Shown here piece by piece: positions 1 through 9,002 of a DNA stretch of 64,000 nucleotides. Below the pieces are notes generated by a model. That model ran no database searches and was not told the DNA's origin. It worked only from the letters and a program-made list of their open reading frames with translations. Both the position numbers and the translations under genes were made by a program. The stretch lies in NCBI GenBank assembly GCA_003697365.1, contig RFGP01000037.1:39107-103106 (forward strand), written 5' to 3'. Within the stretch, counting starts at the first letter, position 1. Each line of letters starts with the position of its first letter. This stretch comes from Chloroflexota bacterium (GTDB lineage: Bacteria; Chloroflexota; Anaerolineae; Aggregatilineales; J027).

Positions 1-615
1 GACATGCATATCGTCCGCCTTGATCCAAAGCAAGTGCGCTTCCGTGTACACTATCAACCTGCCCAAGCCTACACTTATAATTCATGGCAAGAACAACTAG
101 CCCCTGAAGCCATTGCATTCATAAATGCTAACTTTTTCTCTGAAGATAACGTTGCTATTGGCCTTGTTATTGCTGATGGCACCTTATATGGTACAACATT
201 AGTGGGTTATGGAGGCATGTTTGCTATTAATGCCGATGGTAGCCCAACGCTATTGTCTCTAGCGCGCACACCTTATCGGGGCACAGGATACACACAAGCA
301 ATTCAATCGTTTCCAATGCTAATAGAACCTGATGGGACTCCCTCTACTATAGGTCAAGGCTTTGATGAGTTAGCGCGACGAACCGCTATCGCACAGGATG
401 ATAAAGGATATATTTACTTGATGAGCACTGGAACATTAGGACAAATAAGCCTGCGAGAACTGCAAAATTGGTTGCTGAATAGCGAGCTCAACATCAAAGT
501 TGCCTTTGCCCTTGATGGTGGGCGCTCTAGCTTAATGTATGTGCGCACAGAGCCTCCTATACAAATACCCTCATTAGTCCGTGTGCCCATTATCCTTGCA
601 GTGTATGAGCGCTAA
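1..615 (+). CDS. C-terminal part of a phosphodiester glycosidase / DUF2233 (NAGPA-like) family protein; frame is open to the window edge
   Basis: Track ORF 4..615, with the same frame open from nt 1. Motifs FINANFF and ALDGGRSS resemble this family. Only a 3-nt gap to the next gene. Confidence 0.5.
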   Translation, partial: DMHIVRLDPKQVRFRVHYQPAQAYTYNSWQEQLAPEAIAFINANFFSEDNVAIGLVIADGTLYGTTLVGYGGMFAINADGSPTLLSLARTPYRGTGYTQAIQSFPMLIEPDGTPSTIGQGFDELARRTAIAQDDKGYIYLMSTGTLGQISLRELQNWLLNSELNIKVAFALDGGRSSLMYVRTEPPIQIPSLVRVPIILAVYER

Positions 616-618
616 GCT

Positions 619-1443
619 ATGCCAACAACCATTGGAATTTTAACCCCGCAAGGTCTAGAATCTGCTTCCTACCAAGCAGATTCTTTAACAGAAGCCTCAC
701 GATATGAACCATCAGGTATCTATACTGTTACACGTACCTATAATCGCTTCTATGTATTAAAGTTTGACGCACATCTTGATCGACTAGAAGAATCTGCTCG
801 GCTAGAGAATATACCTGTGCATATTGATCGTTTCACTTTAAGAAAAGCGATCAGAACATTAATCGAGCGTTCAGGATATGATGAGTGCCGCTTTCGGATC
901 ACAATTCCTCATCAACAGCCCGATCATTTTATTATCACGCTTGAGCCTTTCACAGGAATTCCTCAAACTCTCAAAATGCATGGGGTAAAAGTGGCCACAG
1001 TGCCCATAAAACGTGAAAACCCGCAAGCCAAAGACACGACTTGGATTGCAAAGCGCGAAGCAGCGAAAGCTAATGTGCCTGATGCCTATGAATATATCAT
1101 TGTCAATGAGCAGGGTCAGTTGTTAGAAGGATTTAGTAGTAATTTTTATGCTATTCTGAATCAGACTTTATGGACAGCCCCTAACGAACTTGTTTTAGGT
1201 GGAATTTCTCGTCAAATTGTGCTTGAGATTGCACCGAGCGTTCTACCGATACGTTTAGAACCTATTGTAAAAAATCAGATTAAAGATATATCAGGTGCGT
1301 TCTTAACCAGTAGTAGTCGTGGTATTATTCCCATTGTTCAAATTGATCAAGACATAATAGACAACGGCAAACCAAATCCGACAGTGCAAACGCTCTCTGA
1401 ACGCTACGATCAATGGGTAACTTCTCATCTTGAGCACCTTTAA
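619..1443 (+). CDS. Class IV (fold type IV) PLP aminotransferase, aminodeoxychorismate lyase / BCAT-like
   Basis: 274-aa ORF. Motifs EGFSSNFYAI, GGISRQIVLEI and AFLTSSSRGIIPI are typical of the class IV aminotransferase family. Confidence 0.7.
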   Translation: MPTTIGILTPQGLESASYQADSLTEASRYEPSGIYTVTRTYNRFYVLKFDAHLDRLEESARLENIPVHIDRFTLRKAIRTLIERSGYDECRFRITIPHQQPDHFIITLEPFTGIPQTLKMHGVKVATVPIKRENPQAKDTTWIAKREAAKANVPDAYEYIIVNEQGQLLEGFSSNFYAILNQTLWTAPNELVLGGISRQIVLEIAPSVLPIRLEPIVKNQIKDISGAFLTSSSRGIIPIVQIDQDIIDNGKPNPTVQTLSERYDQWVTSHLEHL

Positions 1444-1512
1444 CATAAACTTCAATGCTAACCATAGCCTTGCTACTTTTCTGAACCTAAATTCATCACA
1501 ATATGATGGTGC

Positions 1513-1541
1513 TTGACAGTCCATAAGAAGACTGCTATTAT
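1513..1541 (+). promoter_or_regulatory. Sigma-70 type promoter for rplJ-rplL
   Basis: TTGACA (1513-1518), 17-nt spacer, TATTAT (1536-1541), about 190 nt upstream of the rplJ ATG. Confidence 0.55.
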
Positions 1542-1547
1542 GCTCGC

Positions 1548-1729
1548 GGCTTCAAACAATAGCATATAAATGCTTTGCCAAAGACAGCAGGTGTACAAGT
1601 TTGTACTTAAAGTTGCCCGCCGAGGTGAAGTCCCCAAAAGTAAATTCCCCACTGGCTAAGGTCAGATGGTACAGGTGACTGATCTTCATTAAACGGCAAC
1701 ATAAGATATATCGAGATGGAGTAAGCGCC
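1548..1729 (+). promoter_or_regulatory. Long 5' leader of rplJ; candidate L10(L12)4 autoregulatory leader
   Basis: About 180 nt of untranslated sequence lies between the consensus promoter and the rplJ start. It contains local hairpins such as GTACAAgtTTGTAC. The position matches known L10 leaders, but the structure was not verified. Confidence 0.35.
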
Positions 1730-2269
1730 ATGCCAATTAGTAGAGCTCGTAAGGAAGATTTAGTGGCGCAATATATTAGCCTTCTACAAGATTCGGCTGG
1801 TATTGTGGTCACAGAATACCGTGGCCTCAGTGTTGCGCAATTTAACAACATTCGCAAAAGAATGCGTGATGTAGGGGCAAAATATATCGTCACTAAGAAT
1901 ACCTTGCTCAAAATTGCACTCAATGAAGTGGGCATGGCTGTACCCGAAGAGTTACTGAACGGCCCTGTTGCGGTGGGGTTCGCCAGTGACAATCTACCGG
2001 GCACAGTAAAAGCCCTTATTGACAGTGTAAAAGATGCCGAGTTGTTGATTTTGAAGGGTGCAATTGCCCAATCAACAATCTACGGCCCTAGCGATCTAGA
2101 AACCTTGTCCAAGTTACCCACGCTTGATGAATTGCGTGCAACATTGGTCGGTATGGTGGTTCAACCAATGGCCAGCCTCTTGAGCTTGCTGGTTGCCCCC
2201 CAACGTGATGTTGTTAGCGTAATTGCCAGTTATGTGCGCGAAAAAGGCGGCGGAGACGAAGCAGCCTAA
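1730..2269 (+). CDS. rplJ: 50S ribosomal protein L10
   Basis: 179-aa ORF starting MPISRARKEDLVAQY, with an L10-like sequence throughout, followed by rplL. Confidence 0.95.
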   Translation: MPISRARKEDLVAQYISLLQDSAGIVVTEYRGLSVAQFNNIRKRMRDVGAKYIVTKNTLLKIALNEVGMAVPEELLNGPVAVGFASDNLPGTVKALIDSVKDAELLILKGAIAQSTIYGPSDLETLSKLPTLDELRATLVGMVVQPMASLLSLLVAPQRDVVSVIASYVREKGGGDEAA

Positions 2270-2372
2270 GTGCACAATTGGCGCATAAAATGTGGTTGAT
2301 TTTTATCGCTCATTCAATACTATGAAAGTGCTATTCAGCACATCAAACCAAATACTTTAGGAGTTGGATACA

Positions 2373-2771
2373 ATGGCTGATTTAGAGAAGTTGGTAGAAG
2401 AACTCAGCGCTTTAACCGTAATGGAAGCTGCCGAGTTAAAGACAATGCTTGAAGAAAAATGGGGTGTAACCGCTGCTGCACCCGTAATGGGTGGCTTTGC
2501 CATGCCTGCTGCTGGTGGTGCTGCCGCTGCTGAAGAACCCGCTGAAGAACCCACTGAATTTGACGTGGTGCTTAAAGAAGCTGGCCCCAAGAAAATTAAC
2601 GTCATTAAAGTTGTGCGTGCTTTGACTTCACTCGGTTTGGCCGAAGCTAAGGGTGTCGTTGATGGTGCACCTTCCACTCTCTTGGAAGCAGTATCAAAAG
2701 AAGCTGCTGAAGATGCCAAGAAGAAGTTGGAAGAAGAAGGTGCCGTTGTGGAGATCAAGCCAGCATCCTAA
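2373..2771 (+). CDS. rplL: 50S ribosomal protein L7/L12
   Basis: ATG at 2373 lies 9 nt after AGGAG (2359-2363); the track ORF starts at an upstream TTG at 2364. There is an Ala/Glu-rich hinge and a C-terminal domain with [14 protein letters not shown]. Confidence 0.95.
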   Translation: MADLEKLVEELSALTVMEAAELKTMLEEKWGVTAAAPVMGGFAMPAAGGAAAAEEPAEEPTEFDVVLKEAGPKKINVIKVVRALTSLGLAEAKGVVDGAPSTLLEAVSKEAAEDAKKKLEEEGAVVEIKPAS

Positions 2772-2804
2772 GCTGGATGTATCACACTGCTGTCGACATC
2801 TTAG

Positions 2805-2840
2805 TTACCCCTCTGTTTTGCGGAGGGGTAATTGTTTATT
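2805..2840 (+). terminator. Rho-independent terminator after rplL
   Basis: 9-bp stem TTACCCCTC (2805-2813) / GAGGGGTAA (2823-2831), followed by the T-rich tail TTGTTTATT. Confidence 0.65.
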
Positions 2841-2844
2841 CGGT

Positions 2845-3231
2845 TTATTCCGCCACAAGTGCGATACACTCTATCTCAACAAGTGCCCCCAACGGCAGAT
2901 CATTACCACCAAATGCAGCGCGTGCAGGTGGCTTGTCATTAAAGAATTGCTTATATACTTCATTCATCGCCGCATAATCAGCAATGTCATGCAAGTACAC
3001 TGTCACCTTCACCACGTGAGATAGATCAGACCCCCCTGCTTCTAAGATAGCTTTCAAGTTTAACAAGGCGCGTTCTGTTTGTGCCGCAACGCCTTCTACT
3101 AGTTGCTTCGTTTGCGGGTCAATCCCCACTTGACCAGAGACAAAAATAAATGTGCCACTTGCTACTACACCTTGCGAATACACAGCAACAGCTGGTGGAG
3201 CATCATTAGTTTGGATAATTTCGCGCTTCAT
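2845..3231 (-). CDS. ridA: RidA/YjgF/UK114 family reactive-intermediate deaminase
   Basis: 128-aa ORF with FVSGQVGIDP, QTERALLNLKAIL and PARAAFGG motifs characteristic of the family. Confidence 0.85.
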   Translation of the reverse strand: MKREIIQTNDAPPAVAVYSQGVVASGTFIFVSGQVGIDPQTKQLVEGVAAQTERALLNLKAILEAGGSDLSHVVKVTVYLHDIADYAAMNEVYKQFFNDKPPARAAFGGNDLPLGALVEIECIALVAE

Positions 3232-3254
3232 ACAAAAACTTACCTCTCTACTTT

Positions 3255-4229
3255 CTAACGAATAAAAGGTCGATTATGACGATTAATTACGTCCAGCAAA
3301 ATACGTTGAAAATGAGTGGAATTATCGGGCTGAGCCAATAAGTCATCTAATGCCATATATTGAATGCCATCAATTTCGTTGTCATCGATGCGCAATTCTC
3401 CGCCTATCACTTGGCATTCTAGAACATAATCAACAATCTGGAATTGATCTCCATTCGGAATCTTTTTTTGTGTAACAGTTGGATCGCTATAAATACCAAT
3501 TACATCAACAGGTTCGATGTCTAAACCTGTCTCTTCCTTCATCTCACGCACTGCTGTAGCGCTAGAAGATTCACCAATGTCTGAGAACCCCGCCGGAAAT
3601 CGCCACCTTCGGGTTCCTTTTTTGCGTACTGCCAGAGCATATCCCTTATCATCGTAAACCACCATTGATGTGCCCGGTAAAATTAATGGTGCATGGCCTA
3701 CTTTTTCGCGTAAAAGTGGAAAATAGGGTTGCACTGTGGGCAAGCTAAAAACTTCCTCAATGGCATACCCACGCGGAGAACGATAGGCATCAATCATATG
3801 TTGATATTGAATAAATAGCTGAGAATATACCTCATCAATCGGACGGAACGAGGCCTTTGTAATCTCTTTTTGATCAAGTGCACCAACCTGATCAGTGGTT
3901 TTTGCCACAAGCCCAACTGTCCAAGGTTGCACACGATCACCATTAGGATAATGAAGTTCATATTGCGGATGGCTAAAAACACCAAGAAAACCAGTGATTT
4001 CTGCATGAACACCTGTTTCTTCTAAAACTTCGCGATGGGCGCACGCACTAATTGATTCACCTAATTCAAGCGCACCACCGGGAACGCCCAGCCAAGAGAA
4101 ATCTGGACGCTCAATGACCAGAAGCTCTTGCGCTTCATTAAAAACCAAAATTGATGTATAAACCAAGTAGATCAGTTCATGCCCAATGTGTTGGCGTATC
4201 CAACGAATATAGCCATCTTGAAAAGTCAT
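3255..4229 (-). CDS. Tandem (double) Nudix hydrolase
   Basis: 324 aa with two complete Nudix boxes: GGALELGESISACAHREVLEETGV and PAGFSDIGESSSATAVREMKEETGL. Confidence 0.8.
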   Translation of the reverse strand: MTFQDGYIRWIRQHIGHELIYLVYTSILVFNEAQELLVIERPDFSWLGVPGGALELGESISACAHREVLEETGVHAEITGFLGVFSHPQYELHYPNGDRVQPWTVGLVAKTTDQVGALDQKEITKASFRPIDEVYSQLFIQYQHMIDAYRSPRGYAIEEVFSLPTVQPYFPLLREKVGHAPLILPGTSMVVYDDKGYALAVRKKGTRRWRFPAGFSDIGESSSATAVREMKEETGLDIEPVDVIGIYSDPTVTQKKIPNGDQFQIVDYVLECQVIGGELRIDDNEIDGIQYMALDDLLAQPDNSTHFQRILLDVINRHNRPFIR

Positions 4230-4282
4230 GGATGAAGAACTACCTCTGTGTTTGTAAAGTTAATGAAGGATGTTGTATCCAT

Positions 4283-6484
4283 ATGGAAACCATCGAGGGC
4301 ACCGTAGAATCCGTTATCTATTATAACCCAGAAAATGGGTACTGCATTTTACGCTTGATGCCCCCTCATCACCGCTTTATCCGTGAAGATCAACTTATCA
4401 CAGTCGTAGGAAATATGCCAGAGTTTCAACCCGGTGAAACAGTACGCTTTGAAGGCGATTGGACAGTACATCCTACTTATGGCGAACAATTCAAAGCTCA
4501 TAGTTTTGTACAAACTCGCCCCGCAACCTTAGAAGGGATCAAACGTTACTTAGCAAGCGGAATGGTAGAAGGAATTGGCCCCGTATATGCCGAACGCATT
4601 GTAGAACACTTTGGCATAAAAACTTTTGAGATTTTAGATCGTGACCCCGAACGTGTTAAAGAAGTGCGCGGCATAGGGGAAAAAAGAGGGACGAACATTG
4701 CAAAGGCATGGTTAGAACATCAGGCACTTCGCCAGATTATGGCTCAGCTTCAAAGCTATGGCATTAGCGCCAAAATGGCGATACAAATTTTTAATCATTA
4801 TGGTGACGAGGCGTTTGAAGTCGTTCAGCGTGAGCCCTATCGTTTAGTGCATGATATTCATGGCGTAGGTTTTAAACGGGCTGATCAGATTGCTCGTAGC
4901 TTTGGCTTACCTTTACAGGCACCCGCTAGAATTGAAGCTGGCATTGTGCATGTTCTTAATGAAGCAGAAGCTGACGGACATATATATTTACCAAGCGAGG
5001 AACTCATTCGCAAAGCCTCTGAGCTCTTACAGCTTGAGCCACTGACAATTGAGCAAATGCTACAAGAACTTTCAGATAGTGAAGCTATACAGATTGAGGA
5101 TATTCCAACAGCAGATGGTACGGGATGGCAGCAAGTCGTTTATCGTAAAATGATGTTTCATAGCGAACAAGGTGTGGCGAGGCGTATTCAGTTTATGGTA
5201 GATGCTGAAGAAAGTCGCTTAGCACATTTGCAAGAAATGGATACACACCAATGGGAACAAATGATTAGGCGTTTGCTTGCTATTGATGATGTTGAACTAA
5301 GTCAACAACAACGTGAAGCCGTGCGTGCTACCCTAACGAATAAGGTATGCGTGCTGACAGGCGGCCCCGGAACAGGAAAAACGACAACACTTCGCACAGT
5401 GATTGCTGTTCTAGAAGCTGAGGGCTGCACATTTGCGCTTGCAAGTCCTACAGGACGAGCTGCTAAACGTTTAGCCGAAGCAACAGGACAACCCGCACAA
5501 ACCATTCATCGGTTGTTGATGTATTCACCCAATGATGGTTATGGTTATAACGAAGATTATCCGCTAGATGTCGATATGGTGATTATTGATGAAGCCTCTA
5601 TGCTTGATCTTTTGCTCTTTTATAGCTTATTGAAAGCTATTGATGTTGGCACACACCTGTTGCTAGTAGGAGATGTTGATCAACTACCAAGCGTAGGAGC
5701 AGGAGATGTGTTGCGCGACATCATTAAAAGCGGGGTTTGTCCTGTATTCCAACTAGATCGCGTGTTCCGTCAGGCTGATGACAGCATGATCATTGAAAAT
5801 GCCCACCGTATCAATCATGGCAAATTACCAGACACTGCTAATAAGAGCCAAGATTTCTTCTTTTTCGGCGCAGAAGACCCTCAAGAAGCAGCAGAATTAT
5901 TGATCGATATTGTGACCTATCGCATTCCTCAAAAATTCGGTTTTGATCCTAAGCAAGATATTCAGGTGTTGTCGCCGATGTATAAGGGACATGTTGGAGT
6001 TGATGCCTTGAATCAGGCATTACAAAAAGCCTTAAATCCATCGGGAGGACGTAAGGCAGAAATCCGAGTAGGTAGAACGCAGTTTCGCGTTGGCGATAAG
6101 GTAATGCAAACACGGAACAACTATGACAAAGAAGTTTATAACGGTGATATTGGTCTTATCCACAGTATTGATCTCACTGATGAAATGCTATTTGTCGAAT
6201 TTGATGGTCGTATTGTGGAATATGAAAAATCCGTGCTTGAAGAGCTTGTCCACGCTTTTGCGATCTCTGTTCACAAGAGTCAAGGTGCAGAATATCCTGT
6301 TATTGTAATGCCAATACTGCCACAACATTACATGATGTTGCAGCGCAACTTACTTTATACTGCTATCACCCGTGCAAAACAAATGGTTGTGTTAGTTGGT
6401 ACCCGAAAGGCAATAGCTATCGCTGTGAATAATAATCGTGTTTCTAAGCGTTATAGTGCGCTTGCATGGCGTTTGATGATATAA
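4283..6484 (+). CDS. recD2: RecD2-type SF1B ATP-dependent DNA helicase (RecD/TraA family)
   Basis: Helicase motifs GGPGTGKTT, IIDEASMLD, VGDVDQLPSVGAG, QTRNNYD, HKSQGAEYP and LLYTAITRAK. I chose the ATG at 4283 (METIEG...) because the track start at 4151 would overlap the divergent Nudix gene. Confidence 0.85.
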   Translation: METIEGTVESVIYYNPENGYCILRLMPPHHRFIREDQLITVVGNMPEFQPGETVRFEGDWTVHPTYGEQFKAHSFVQTRPATLEGIKRYLASGMVEGIGPVYAERIVEHFGIKTFEILDRDPERVKEVRGIGEKRGTNIAKAWLEHQALRQIMAQLQSYGISAKMAIQIFNHYGDEAFEVVQREPYRLVHDIHGVGFKRADQIARSFGLPLQAPARIEAGIVHVLNEAEADGHIYLPSEELIRKASELLQLEPLTIEQMLQELSDSEAIQIEDIPTADGTGWQQVVYRKMMFHSEQGVARRIQFMVDAEESRLAHLQEMDTHQWEQMIRRLLAIDDVELSQQQREAVRATLTNKVCVLTGGPGTGKTTTLRTVIAVLEAEGCTFALASPTGRAAKRLAEATGQPAQTIHRLLMYSPNDGYGYNEDYPLDVDMVIIDEASMLDLLLFYSLLKAIDVGTHLLLVGDVDQLPSVGAGDVLRDIIKSGVCPVFQLDRVFRQADDSMIIENAHRINHGKLPDTANKSQDFFFFGAEDPQEAAELLIDIVTYRIPQKFGFDPKQDIQVLSPMYKGHVGVDALNQALQKALNPSGGRKAEIRVGRTQFRVGDKVMQTRNNYDKEVYNGDIGLIHSIDLTDEMLFVEFDGRIVEYEKSVLEELVHAFAISVHKSQGAEYPVIVMPILPQHYMMLQRNLLYTAITRAKQMVVLVGTRKAIAIAVNNNRVSKRYSALAWRLMI

Positions 6485-6521
6485 AAACAAGGTCACGTAT
6501 AGCAATGATGACCTTGTTTTT
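6483..6521. terminator. Bidirectional terminator hairpin between convergent recD2 and the CoA-transferase gene
   Basis: AAAAACAAGGTCA (6483-6495) pairs with TGACCTTGTTTTT (6509-6521). An A-run on one side and a T-run on the other could serve both strands. Confidence 0.7.
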
Positions 6522-6536
6522 AAGATTGCTGTTGTG

Positions 6537-7877
6537 TTAATTTTCCTCAGCCGATTTAGGCATACACGGAACAACCCATTTAGGTACGTGATACTCCCGT
6601 TCTGCCGCTTCGGCAAGCTCTTCACGGAATTTAGGATGAGCTATATCCACTAGTGCCATTGCGCGCTCACGAATTGAACGCCCATACAAATCAGCAACGC
6701 CGTATTCAGTCACCACATAATGTACATCATTCCGCGTAGTAACCACACCAGCACCGCGCTTTAGGGTAGGAACAATACGGCTAATTGTGTCATTTTTAGC
6801 AGTACTAGGAAGCGCAATAATGGGCAAACCACCCTTGCTACGCGATGCACCGCGAATAAAATCAACCTGTCCTCCCACACCTGAATAAAAGCGCGTCCCG
6901 ATGCTATCTGCACATACTTGCCCCGTTAAATCAACTTCAATAGCTGAGTTAATAGCGACCATGCGATCATTTCGCGCAATATTGAAAGGATCATTGACAT
7001 ATTCAGTAGGATGAAGTTCTACGATAGGGTTATCATGAACAAAGTCATATAAACGGCGTGTTCCTAACAAGAAGCCCGCAATCATCTTGCCTTGATGGAA
7101 TGTTTTTCGTTCGCAATCCATAACGCCGCGCTCAACTAAATCGATCACGCCATCAGAGAAGAGTTCAGTATGCAATCCTAGATGCTTATGATTATGAAGG
7201 TATTTCAGCACGGCATCAGGTATGGTTCCGATGCCTGTTTGTAAAGTAGCGCCATCAGGAATCATTGCAGCAATGTGTTGAGCTATTTGATCAGAGACGG
7301 GGTCTGTGGCTGCTAATCGAATTTCAGGGAGTGGGTAATCGACTTCAACAATATAATCAAGTTTAGAAACGTGAATGAAGCTATCTCCCAATGTGCGCGG
7401 CATATTAGGGTTCACTTCGGCAATGATAATCTTCGCTGAGTCAGCGGCTGTTTTCGTAACCCCCACTTCAATTCCAAATGAACAGTAGCCATGCTCATCA
7501 GGAGGGCTCACTTGGATTAAAGCCACATCAAGTGGCAGACGGCCGCTAGAAAACAAGCCCGGTATTTCTGACAGAAAACAAGGTGTAAAATCAGCACGTC
7601 CCTCATTAACTGCTTGCCGCACATTATCACTAATGAATAATGTATTGATGCGTAAGTGAGGTGACATTTCTGGTGCAGCGTATTCATCGCCTGCTAATGC
7701 CAATACTTGTACAATCTCCACGTCGCACAAGTTTGGTGCAGCTTGTACGAGCGCATCTAATAACACTTGTGGCACTGAGCAGTTACCTGTCAGAAAAACG
7801 CGATAATTATCTTTAATGACGCTAATGGCATGTTCTGCGCTGGTCAGCTTTGGGGTATATTGGCTTTGCCAAGGCAT
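6537..7877 (-). CDS. Acetyl-CoA hydrolase/transferase family protein (4-hydroxybutyrate CoA-transferase-like)
   Basis: 446-aa ORF with the SGVGGQVDFIRGA motif and an overall family-like sequence. Confidence 0.8.
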   Translation of the reverse strand: MPWQSQYTPKLTSAEHAISVIKDNYRVFLTGNCSVPQVLLDALVQAAPNLCDVEIVQVLALAGDEYAAPEMSPHLRINTLFISDNVRQAVNEGRADFTPCFLSEIPGLFSSGRLPLDVALIQVSPPDEHGYCSFGIEVGVTKTAADSAKIIIAEVNPNMPRTLGDSFIHVSKLDYIVEVDYPLPEIRLAATDPVSDQIAQHIAAMIPDGATLQTGIGTIPDAVLKYLHNHKHLGLHTELFSDGVIDLVERGVMDCERKTFHQGKMIAGFLLGTRRLYDFVHDNPIVELHPTEYVNDPFNIARNDRMVAINSAIEVDLTGQVCADSIGTRFYSGVGGQVDFIRGASRSKGGLPIIALPSTAKNDTISRIVPTLKRGAGVVTTRNDVHYVVTEYGVADLYGRSIRERAMALVDIAHPKFREELAEAAEREYHVPKWVVPCMPKSAEEN

Positions 7878-8045
7878 TGAAATCTATATCTCCTTATCAA
7901 TGTGTTGTACTCTGCGATGTTATACGATTTTACGTCAATCCTAATGAACTGAGATAGTCTCATCAGACCCTATATCGTAGTCCAAAAGTCACTGATTTCT
8001 TGCTAAACTAGATAGGCTAACTTGCGCTGGTAAAGGAGTTCTGTA

Positions 8046-8933
8046 TTGAAAACTCGTGCTAAAGCTATTATTAAACTTACTCGTTGGCAAGAATTTCTCG
8101 CCTTTACGACGATTCTAACACTGCTTGGTGGACTCACCGCGCACCAAGTAAATAATACACCCCTAGACTGGAAGCTGATAGTCGTCTGGGTTGCTAATTT
8201 AGCTGCGATGGCTTATGCATTTATGGTGAACGATATTGAAGATGCGCCTGATGATGCGCGCGATCCCAATCGTATCTCAACAAACCCTGTTGCTAATCTT
8301 GAGCTTTCAGTGCCGATGGCGTGGCTTGCAACAATTAGTTTTGGGGTTTTATCCGCTATATGCTATGCAGTTGTCGGGCCACGTACTTTCGTAGTAGGCA
8401 TTATAACGCTTATTTTAGCGCATCTATACTCTTGGAAACCCGTTCGCCTAAAAGCGAAGCCTTTGATAGATATTATCTCTCATGCCTTAATGCTTAGCAC
8501 GTTGCTTTATGTGGCTGCCTTTTTTGCCTATGAGCACGATTTAAGTGATTTGTGGATGATTGTTATCGTGACATTTGCTGCATCTGCAAATGGTCAGCTA
8601 TACAACCAAGTTCGAGACTATGAGGCAGATCGTGTTGCTGGGCTACATAACACCGCTAGCATACTCGGCAAAACGCTTACAGATCGCCTTGCTACTGCAA
8701 CCATAGTCACTACAGGTATATGCTTGGGCATCGCTATCTTACAAGGTATTTTTCCGCTATGGTTAGGTGGTGTACTCATTGCAGTGACCCCGATTGTATT
8801 TTACCTATTACGCAATAGTACTCATGATATGCGTGGCAGCGAAACTGATGACCCGATGGCTTTGTTTCAACGCAAAGCGTTATACATTATGAACCTTACT
8901 TTATTAGCTTGGCTCATCGCTGTATATGTATAG
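8046..8933 (+). CDS. UbiA-superfamily membrane prenyltransferase, substrate unknown
   Basis: TTG start at 8046 lies 7 nt after AGGAG (8034-8038). The protein is polytopic, with two Asp-rich motifs, NDIEDAPDD and RDYEADRVAG. Confidence 0.7.
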   Translation: MKTRAKAIIKLTRWQEFLAFTTILTLLGGLTAHQVNNTPLDWKLIVVWVANLAAMAYAFMVNDIEDAPDDARDPNRISTNPVANLELSVPMAWLATISFGVLSAICYAVVGPRTFVVGIITLILAHLYSWKPVRLKAKPLIDIISHALMLSTLLYVAAFFAYEHDLSDLWMIVIVTFAASANGQLYNQVRDYEADRVAGLHNTASILGKTLTDRLATATIVTTGICLGIAILQGIFPLWLGGVLIAVTPIVFYLLRNSTHDMRGSETDDPMALFQRKALYIMNLTLLAWLIAVYV

Positions 8934-9002
8934 TCCACTAAAAAGGCGTTATAATAACTGCATACCGAATCTAAAGATTTAGACGGATACTAAATACTAT
9001 CC

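Noticed and set aside
2357-2758. 133-aa ORF antisense to rplL. Similar long antisense ORFs occur at 1552..2004 (opposite rplJ and its leader) and 13586..13915 (opposite rpmA).
   Set aside because: These are low-complexity Ala/Ser-rich translations lying exactly opposite highly conserved ribosomal protein genes, which is a typical shadow-ORF pattern.
4151-4282. N-terminal extension of recD2 in the ORF track (start at 4151).
   Set aside because: It would overlap the divergent Nudix gene by 79 nt and encodes a Cys-rich non-homologous peptide. The conserved RecD2 N-terminus begins at the ATG at 4283.
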